Shown here: one piece after another, positions 57,361 through 64,000 of the stretch
Numbering within the stretch: position 1 is the stretch's first letter
Layout of the letters: each line of letters starts with the position of its first letter
NCBI GenBank assembly: GCA_902800355.1
Contig: CADCEE010000001.1
Coordinates: 24,625 to 88,624, forward strand
Direction: 5' to 3'
Origin: an uncultured Erysipelotrichaceae bacterium
GTDB taxonomy: Bacteria > Bacillota_I > Bacilli_A > RFN20 > CAG-826
Length of the DNA stretch: 64,000 bases
Translations under genes and position numbers: made by a program
The notes under the pieces: model-generated
What the model was told of the DNA's origin: nothing
Database searches by the model: none
Seen by the model: only the letters and a program-made list of their open reading frames with translations

Positions 57361-59154
57361 ATGAAAAAAAGTATCATTACTAGTGTTTGTATATTAGCTA
57401 TTGTCGCTAGCACCTCAGCTGCAACAATGTTTGCGCTTCAAGGAGCGGGAGTGATTAATGTTTTTGCTGACGAAGTAAAAGTAGTGTTCAGGAACTATGA
57501 TAATTCTTTCTTATGGAAAGATGTTATCCCTGCTGGTAGTAACGCTGTTTATGGTGGAGCGGTTCCTCAAAGATCAAGTAACGATATGTATGACTATACT
57601 TTTGTAAGCTGGGATAAATCATTGAAGAACGTTTTGACTGATACCGTTTTTTACGCTCAATTCCAAAATAAAATTAAAGAATATAAAGTCTCATTCCAAA
57701 ACTGGAATCATAAAGAACTTTATGTTGATTATGTTTCCAAAGGAAAAACCGCCGAATATGTTGGAGCGGTTCCAACTAGAGAACCAGATGAACATAATTC
57801 TTATACATTTGTCGGATGGGATAAACCATTAACTAATGTTAATGAAGACCGTATTATTACCGCCTTATATGAGGCCACTCCTGTTAATTATACAGTAACA
57901 TTTAAAAATGGGGATGATGTCCTTTATCGTGATCACGTTCCATATTTAGGTACAGCGACATATCGAGGTTTAGAACCAACAAAAGAACGCACTGCTTCAA
58001 CAGAATTTGTCTTTGTTGGTTGGGATAAACCATTAACTGGAGTGTCTTCAGACTTTGAAACATATGCTCTTTTCGAAGAAAAGGCTATAACGCATACAGT
58101 TGAATTCTATAATTATGATTCTACGCTTTTATATACCGCTTATGTTTCAAATCATGGAACAGCGACATATGTCGGTTCCACTCCATATCGAGAGCCAGAA
58201 GGTCCTTATGCTTATACATTTAATGGCTGGAATCGTGAATTAACTAATGTGACTAGTAGTTTTAGTACTGTTGCTCAATTTACTACAACTGAAAGACTTA
58301 TTCCTACTCATTTCTATAATTATGACGACACTTATTTATATACCGCATATTCAAATTATGGTAAGCCAGCCTTTTATGCTGGAGCAATGCCATATCGAGA
58401 AGAAGATGATATGTATGTTTATGAGTTTGATGGTTGGGATAGAGACGTTTCCTACATCACTGAAGAAACAATCACATACGCTGTATTTTCTAAAGAATTA
58501 AGAACTTATAAATGCGTATTCAAAAATTATGACGACTCAATCTTATATGTAACATATGTTCCTGCTGGGGAGACTGCAGTCTATATTGGAGATACTCCAA
58601 TAAAAGAGACCGACGTCAACGTCGTCTTCCGCTTTATCGGATGGAATAAGCCATTAGAGAATATTTATTCAGACACAGTCTTTACTGCTGAGTTTGAGAT
58701 TTATGAAACTGGTGGTGGAGGAAAAACAGAATATTTTGAAGTTTATTTCTATAATTATGACGGAGAACCTTTAGATTGCGATATTGTCGAAAAAGGAACA
58801 AACGCTAGTTATGAATGGACAACACCGGATAGACCATATTCTTCGGATTATGGCTCATATTATTTCTCTTCTTGGGATAAGAGCTTTGATGAAGTCTATG
58901 ATGATATGAAGGTGTTTGCTCAATTTGAAACTGATTCCTACTATATTGTTACTTACCGTAATCCTTGGGGTGAACTTCTTTTTGAAGATTATATATATAA
59001 ATATAACGGCAGTCAAAAATCAACATATAGAGGTCCATTATATGAATATTTGCTTCCTGAAAACGGTTTCATAGGATGGGATAAAGATCTTAATAATATC
59101 AATTCTTCAATAACTGTTTATCCAGTGTATGAGAAAGAGGAGTCTAGTTTATGA
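57361..59154 (+). CDS. Secreted protein made of about 8 InlB B-repeat (Listeria-Bacteroides repeat) units
   Basis: Signal peptide, then the repeated Y.V.F.NYD...L....V..G..A.Y.G..P.R....Y.Y.F.GWDK.L.NV unit. Confidence 0.75.
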   Translation: MKKSIITSVCILAIVASTSAATMFALQGAGVINVFADEVKVVFRNYDNSFLWKDVIPAGSNAVYGGAVPQRSSNDMYDYTFVSWDKSLKNVLTDTVFYAQFQNKIKEYKVSFQNWNHKELYVDYVSKGKTAEYVGAVPTREPDEHNSYTFVGWDKPLTNVNEDRIITALYEATPVNYTVTFKNGDDVLYRDHVPYLGTATYRGLEPTKERTASTEFVFVGWDKPLTGVSSDFETYALFEEKAITHTVEFYNYDSTLLYTAYVSNHGTATYVGSTPYREPEGPYAYTFNGWNRELTNVTSSFSTVAQFTTTERLIPTHFYNYDDTYLYTAYSNYGKPAFYAGAMPYREEDDMYVYEFDGWDRDVSYITEETITYAVFSKELRTYKCVFKNYDDSILYVTYVPAGETAVYIGDTPIKETDVNVVFRFIGWNKPLENIYSDTVFTAEFEIYETGGGGKTEYFEVYFYNYDGEPLDCDIVEKGTNASYEWTTPDRPYSSDYGSYYFSSWDKSFDEVYDDMKVFAQFETDSYYIVTYRNPWGELLFEDYIYKYNGSQKSTYRGPLYEYLLPENGFIGWDKDLNNINSSITVYPVYEKEESSL

Positions 59155-62100
59155 AAATAGTTTTAAAACGTCTTCTATCTCATTTAATTGTTGCCGGCAC
59201 TATTGCTACAAGCGGTACAATCGCTGGTTTAATGGTGCAAACAATTCGTGGTGAAATGCAAATTACTAATCCAGAGTTACGCTATACTTGTAAATTCTAT
59301 AATTATGATGACACTTTACTATACGTAACACGTGTTGAGCCAACTCATGACGCTATATATCAAGGCAATTTACCAACTAGACCAGATTCTACATATTACC
59401 GTTATGAATTCTCTGGTTGGGATAATGATTTGACTTCTATTAGATGCGACATGACTTATCATGCCTTATATGAAAAAAAGAGCAATGACTACACTGTGAA
59501 GTTTGTTAACTATGATGGTGAGATTTTATACGAAACATTAGTTACAGCCGGTGATAGCGTCCATTATCCATACGAAAATCCAACTAGACCAAGCGACGCT
59601 CAATATGGCTATGCTTTTACTGGATGGGATGAGCCAACTACAAACATTATTAAAGACACTACTTTTGTAGCTCAATATAAGAAAGTTAAGCAAAAATATA
59701 AAGTATATTACTTTAACTATGATGAAAGCCTTTTATATGTTGATACAGTTTATTATGGAGCAACCTCAACTTATAAAGGAGATACATTTACTGGCCCAAC
59801 CGCTGAAGTAGGCTATTCTTATGAATTTAAAGAATGGAGTGATTCTACTAGCTCTATTACCGAAGATAAAGCGGTTATCGCTATTTTTGAATTAGTTAGA
59901 AATAAATACGCAGTCACATTCTATAACCACGATAATACTGTCCTATATGTTGACCATGTATTTTATGGTGATAGTGGAGTGTATCGCGGACAAACCCCTT
60001 ACCATCAGCCTGATGAAGATTATGCATATGAATTCGTTGGTTGGGACCGTGAATTTAATAATATTACCGAAGATACTTCAGTTTACGCTTTATTTAGACA
60101 AACCAATCCAGATTGTGACATTGTATTTAAAAACTACGATGACACAATTTTAGAAAAACATCATGTGAAATATGGTTCTGAAGTCGTTTATGCTGGAGAA
60201 GAACCTTCTAAACCAGAAACCGAAAAATATGTTTATGAATTTGCTGGTTGGGATAGAGATACTTCAGCGGTCACGGGTAGCTTTGATGTTTATCCAGTAT
60301 TTGAAGAACATCTAAAAGAATATACTGTCACTTTCTTAAATTATGATGAATCAGAATTAGCAAAAGTCGATGTCCCTTATGGAGATGACGCTACAAAATA
60401 TTATCTAGAAGTGCCAACTAGACCTGATGATGATTTTTATACTTATCAATTTGAACGTTGGAGTGATGATGTTTCCTTTGTCGTTAAAGATATGACTGTT
60501 GTTGCTATATACGAAGCAACGCCAAAAGAACAAAACAAAGGTGATTCTGAAGACGGAAAAGGTGGAGATCAGGGAGATCATGGTCATCCAGATCCAGATC
60601 CAGGTGATCCTCCAGTAGGACCACCAGCAACTGAATTTAGTGTATTGTTTAAAAATTATGATGGTGAAGAACTAGATGCTCATAAAGTTATTGTTCCTGG
60701 GCGTCCATGTCCATATGATCATACTAAACCAATACCAACTAGACCAGACGACAAAAGACACACTAATTATGAGTTCTGCTCTTGGGATAAAGATTTAAGT
60801 GCAGTTTATAGTAACATTACTACTTATGCCCAATATGTGATTAAAGAAGATATATTTACAAAATATATTGTTACCTTTAGAAATGGTGATGGCACATTAT
60901 TATATGAATGTGTTTGTGAAGAAAATGAATTACCAACTTATCCTGATGGTATGATTCCTAAATTAAAGGGCTACATATTTGTTGGTTGGGATAAACCATT
61001 AACTAGATGTACAAGTTCTTATACTGTTTATGCGACTTTTTCTCTTGCAAATAGTGGTTCTGGAGGATTTATCCCTGGAGATGGTGACATGGAAGGTGAT
61101 GCTGGTAGTGTTTCTGGCAAATTCGGTGGTGAGCCAGTCGATAAATCTGTTGGCACTATGGTTACCGCCTATAGTAGTAGCGTCTATTTAAGAGAAAGAA
61201 GTTTTGGTGACTTTAAAAATAATAAATGGGAAGATGTGAGACCATACTCTAATAAGAGTGCGGATTTCTCACCTTTAAATCTTACTTCTGATTTAGTGAA
61301 TCAAGCTGGATTTAAATCATATACTGCGGACATGCATTTTAACGAATACCGTTCATATACTCCATCTCCGATGTATAATCTTTCATTCCCTAAATCATTC
61401 TCAGATGATGCTTATGATCCAATCGCAGCAAATGATTTTTCCTTTACTTATTCTCCTTTTGAAATAAATGAAGAAAGATATCTTAAACTTAAAGAATATA
61501 GCTATAGCGATACCGCAAATATCACTTACTATGAAGATTATAAAGATTATGTATACAATACATATCTCACCGTTAATGATGAAGAAAGAGAATTCTTTAC
61601 TGAATTTGCTAATGACAATAATCTTTCTGTTTCCAACATTAATGAAATCATTAACTGTAAAACATTTATTTCCGAATATGCGAAATATAATTTATCCGCT
61701 GAAGATTATCCAGAAGATAGCAACTACGGCATTTATTTCTTAAAAGAAGCTAGAGAAGGTATATGTAACAACTTCGCTACTTCTTTAACACTTTTATATC
61801 GCGCCCTTGGATTACCAGCAAGATTCACTGTTGGTTATTATGTTAAGCCTGCCAGCGAAGGATTATCTAGGGATATTAATGAAAAATTTGCTCATGCTTG
61901 GACAGAAATATTCTTAGACGATATTGGTTGGGTTTATGTTGACGGTACGGGTGGAGCTACTAATGGCGATGCTGATGGAGATTCTTCTGAAGAAGAGGAA
62001 GAAGATCCAATTCCAAGAAATCCATACAACCCATTTGGTGAATGTTTATTAGATGAACCATTATTAACCATTGATGTTGTCCCAGAACAATCGACTAAAG

Positions 62101-62576
62101 TATATGATGGCACTCCAATGTCAGTTAGAGCGGAAGTTAGTGGACAATTCCTTAATGAAGGTGATTATTTTGAGGCTAATGTTTCTGATGTGAAGACTGA
62201 TGTCGGTTCATACGTCACTCGTTGTCGACCACGTATTTATAATGCAGAAGGAAAAGATGTCACCAAGAAATACGTTGGCATGGTGCAGATGAATTACCAT
62301 ACATATTCAATTACAAAACGCACAATAGAAATCACAACCGGAAGTGCGGAAATTGATAGAGGCCCAAATGTTTCTTTAAGTTGCACTGACTTCATTATCA
62401 ATTCTGGTAGCTTTGTTAGTGGCGATACCTTGTTAGTGTTATCAAGTACCACATTAACACGTCCAGGTACCGCAGAAAATGTATTTAATGAATACATCAT
62501 TAAAAATGGAAACGGCGTTAATGTCTCTAATAATTACAAGGTAATTATTCATAACGGTAATTTAAGAATCAGGTAA
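59151..62576 (+). CDS. Large surface protein with about 8 InlB B-repeats, Gly/Asp/Pro linkers, a transglutaminase-like cysteine protease core and a C-terminal MBG-type repeat
   Basis: N-terminal anchor. The same B-repeat unit recurs. The transglutaminase triad context is GICNNFATS...FAHAWTEIFLDDIGWVYVDGTG. A C-terminal VYDGTPM motif is present. Confidence 0.75.
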   Translation: MKIVLKRLLSHLIVAGTIATSGTIAGLMVQTIRGEMQITNPELRYTCKFYNYDDTLLYVTRVEPTHDAIYQGNLPTRPDSTYYRYEFSGWDNDLTSIRCDMTYHALYEKKSNDYTVKFVNYDGEILYETLVTAGDSVHYPYENPTRPSDAQYGYAFTGWDEPTTNIIKDTTFVAQYKKVKQKYKVYYFNYDESLLYVDTVYYGATSTYKGDTFTGPTAEVGYSYEFKEWSDSTSSITEDKAVIAIFELVRNKYAVTFYNHDNTVLYVDHVFYGDSGVYRGQTPYHQPDEDYAYEFVGWDREFNNITEDTSVYALFRQTNPDCDIVFKNYDDTILEKHHVKYGSEVVYAGEEPSKPETEKYVYEFAGWDRDTSAVTGSFDVYPVFEEHLKEYTVTFLNYDESELAKVDVPYGDDATKYYLEVPTRPDDDFYTYQFERWSDDVSFVVKDMTVVAIYEATPKEQNKGDSEDGKGGDQGDHGHPDPDPGDPPVGPPATEFSVLFKNYDGEELDAHKVIVPGRPCPYDHTKPIPTRPDDKRHTNYEFCSWDKDLSAVYSNITTYAQYVIKEDIFTKYIVTFRNGDGTLLYECVCEENELPTYPDGMIPKLKGYIFVGWDKPLTRCTSSYTVYATFSLANSGSGGFIPGDGDMEGDAGSVSGKFGGEPVDKSVGTMVTAYSSSVYLRERSFGDFKNNKWEDVRPYSNKSADFSPLNLTSDLVNQAGFKSYTADMHFNEYRSYTPSPMYNLSFPKSFSDDAYDPIAANDFSFTYSPFEINEERYLKLKEYSYSDTANITYYEDYKDYVYNTYLTVNDEEREFFTEFANDNNLSVSNINEIINCKTFISEYAKYNLSAEDYPEDSNYGIYFLKEAREGICNNFATSLTLLYRALGLPARFTVGYYVKPASEGLSRDINEKFAHAWTEIFLDDIGWVYVDGTGGATNGDADGDSSEEEEEDPIPRNPYNPFGECLLDEPLLTIDVVPEQSTKVYDGTPMSVRAEVSGQFLNEGDYFEANVSDVKTDVGSYVTRCRPRIYNAEGKDVTKKYVGMVQMNYHTYSITKRTIEITTGSAEIDRGPNVSLSCTDFIINSGSFVSGDTLLVLSSTTLTRPGTAENVFNEYIIKNGNGVNVSNNYKVIIHNGNLRIR

Positions 62577-62577
62577 T

Positions 62578-64000
62578 ATGAGATACGAAGAGTACGAGAA
62601 GAAAATTATTAAAAGAGCCAAGATTCGTAAAACAATCTATCGTTTTCGTTTTCCAATAATTATTGTTTCTTCTTTAGGCATTATTACCGCCGGAGTGTTA
62701 ATTGGCACTAAAGGCATAGTTAGTGAAAAAAGAAGACTGCAGGCTACTTATATTTATGGCGATACTTTATCTTATTTATCAACCGCTTTTATGAGCACCG
62801 CTTCTTATGAGTTTGCAGAAGTTAATAGTAGCGAATGGAGTGAAGTTGCCCCTTACTTAGTAGGCGAATATAAGATGCGTTCTCGTGGTTTGAACTCTTT
62901 TAAATCATATTACTACGGTGATATTCAAGAATTTAAAATCGCTCCTAAGGAAATTGTCGCTACTGTTTTACAAGATAAAATGACTTATGGAGATGAACCT
63001 ACTCTTAAATTAGAAGGTTTATGTTATGGCGATGTATTTGTGGATAGTTACACAATGAATTGCCAAAACCGTGAACAAGATCAATGGTCAATCACTCCTA
63101 ACGCTGATTCAATTAAGATTCTTGCTAAAGACGGTAAAGATGTCACTAATAACTATAAGATTGTTGCCCAAAGTAAATCTGTGGATATATTAAAAAGATC
63201 TTTAACTATATCTACTGGTAGCTCTTCTAAACAATATGATGGTAGTCCTTTAACAAATAACCAATTTAATATCCTTAGCGGCTCACTAGTGGAAGGGGAT
63301 AGTATTTCTTTAGCGTCGTCTAGTTCTATTACTAATGCCGGAAGCATTTCTAATGAACACACTTATCAAATTAAGAGTGCTGATGATTTAGATATGACTG
63401 AACATTACGATATTTCATTACAAAAAGGAACATTAAATATCACTAAGAGAAATCTTACTATAAGCTCTCCAAATAAAGAGTTTACTTATGATGGCTTAGA
63501 TAAGAAGTTTTCTCTTGATGATGTTTATATTAGCGATGGAGATGGACTCGTCAGTGGAGAAGAAATTGTTTATGAATATAAAGATAGCAATGAATTTGTT
63601 AACGCTGGACAATATTCAAACTCTTTCAAGGCGAAAATTTATAACGGGGACGTTGATGTTTCTAATAACTACTCTATCGAATATGATTTTGGTTCCACAG
63701 TCATTAAAAAGCGCGATTTAGAAATTAAAAGTGATAGTGGATCATTTACTTATGATAAAAAACCACACTTAGTTGATACAGCAACTATTACTAGTGGTTC
63801 TTTAGCAGAAAAAGATGAACTTTCAGTTACTTATAATCCTCAATATGTTGATAGCGGAGTTTATGATAATGAACTAACTTTTTCAATCGTAGATAAAACA
63901 ACAAAAGCTGATATGATTTCTAACTACAACATTAATTATGTCTATGGACAAATCACAATCAATAAAGTCGATATCACTTTATCTTTAGATAAAAAAGAAG
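62578..64000 (+). CDS. Membrane-anchored protein with repeated MBG-type (YDG) domains; 3' end beyond the window (absent from the supplied ORF track)
   Basis: The ATG at 62578 lies 1 nt after the previous stop. Hand translation shows an open frame to 64000. There is an N-terminal TM (FPIIIVSSLGIITAGVLIG) and repeated L.I..R.L.I......YDG..... units (KQYDGSPL, FTYDGLDK, FTYDKKPH). Confidence 0.7.
   Translation, partial: MRYEEYEKKIIKRAKIRKTIYRFRFPIIIVSSLGIITAGVLIGTKGIVSEKRRLQATYIYGDTLSYLSTAFMSTASYEFAEVNSSEWSEVAPYLVGEYKMRSRGLNSFKSYYYGDIQEFKIAPKEIVATVLQDKMTYGDEPTLKLEGLCYGDVFVDSYTMNCQNREQDQWSITPNADSIKILAKDGKDVTNNYKIVAQSKSVDILKRSLTISTGSSSKQYDGSPLTNNQFNILSGSLVEGDSISLASSSSITNAGSISNEHTYQIKSADDLDMTEHYDISLQKGTLNITKRNLTISSPNKEFTYDGLDKKFSLDDVYISDGDGLVSGEEIVYEYKDSNEFVNAGQYSNSFKAKIYNGDVDVSNNYSIEYDFGSTVIKKRDLEIKSDSGSFTYDKKPHLVDTATITSGSLAEKDELSVTYNPQYVDSGVYDNELTFSIVDKTTKADMISNYNINYVYGQITINKVDITLSLDKKE

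Noticed and set aside
1-64000. Prophage, transposon, integrative element, defence system or rRNA operon
   Set aside because: - I recognised no integrase, transposase, recombinase, phage structural gene, restriction-modification, Cas, CBASS or retron component, and no rRNA, on either strand.

Overview
This is a low-GC, AT-rich bacterial chromosome segment read with the standard genetic code; TGA serves as a stop, for example at 36935-36937. The gene content points to a strictly anaerobic, probably gut-associated Firmicutes or Mollicutes-like organism. Supporting genes include desulfoferrodoxin, many lipoproteins plus Lgt, glycolipid-type GT4 enzymes, and the absence of any cell-wall genes in view.

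Layout:
- 1-31.4 kb: housekeeping and accessory genes. These are the gyrA 3' end, serS, a capE/F/G-like UDP-L-FucNAc trio, dfx, tRNA-Met and tRNA-Ala, SRP RNA, tadA, a P-type ATPase, psuG, mgtE, tldD/pmbA, guaD, gdhA, DUF1015-serC-serA, arcC and lgt.
- 31.5-48.3 kb: one tightly packed, same-strand operon of 17 genes. It matches the recently recognised anaerobic purine/urate degradation island (E. coli ygfJ-ssnA-ygfM-xdhD / xdhABC / ygeW-ygeY / hyuA type).
- 48.3-49.8 kb: a 1.6 kb ORF-free gap. It holds a small terminator-ended RNA candidate and a roughly 1.07 kb locus built from three diverged ~310-nt tandem modules. Stem sequences differ between modules while pairing is kept. I read this as a giant structured ncRNA that I cannot assign to any known family, and it is the top finding.
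- 49.8-64 kb: a surface and secreted protein locus. It contains a DUF6273-like protein, a BspA-type LRR lipoprotein with Cys/His repeats, an M6-like metalloprotease lipoprotein, two InlB-B-repeat proteins (one carrying a transglutaminase core) and an MBG-repeat protein. The locus sits behind a promoter whose -35/-10 spacer contains a (CT)7 tract.

I recognised no transposase, integrase, CRISPR array or rRNA.
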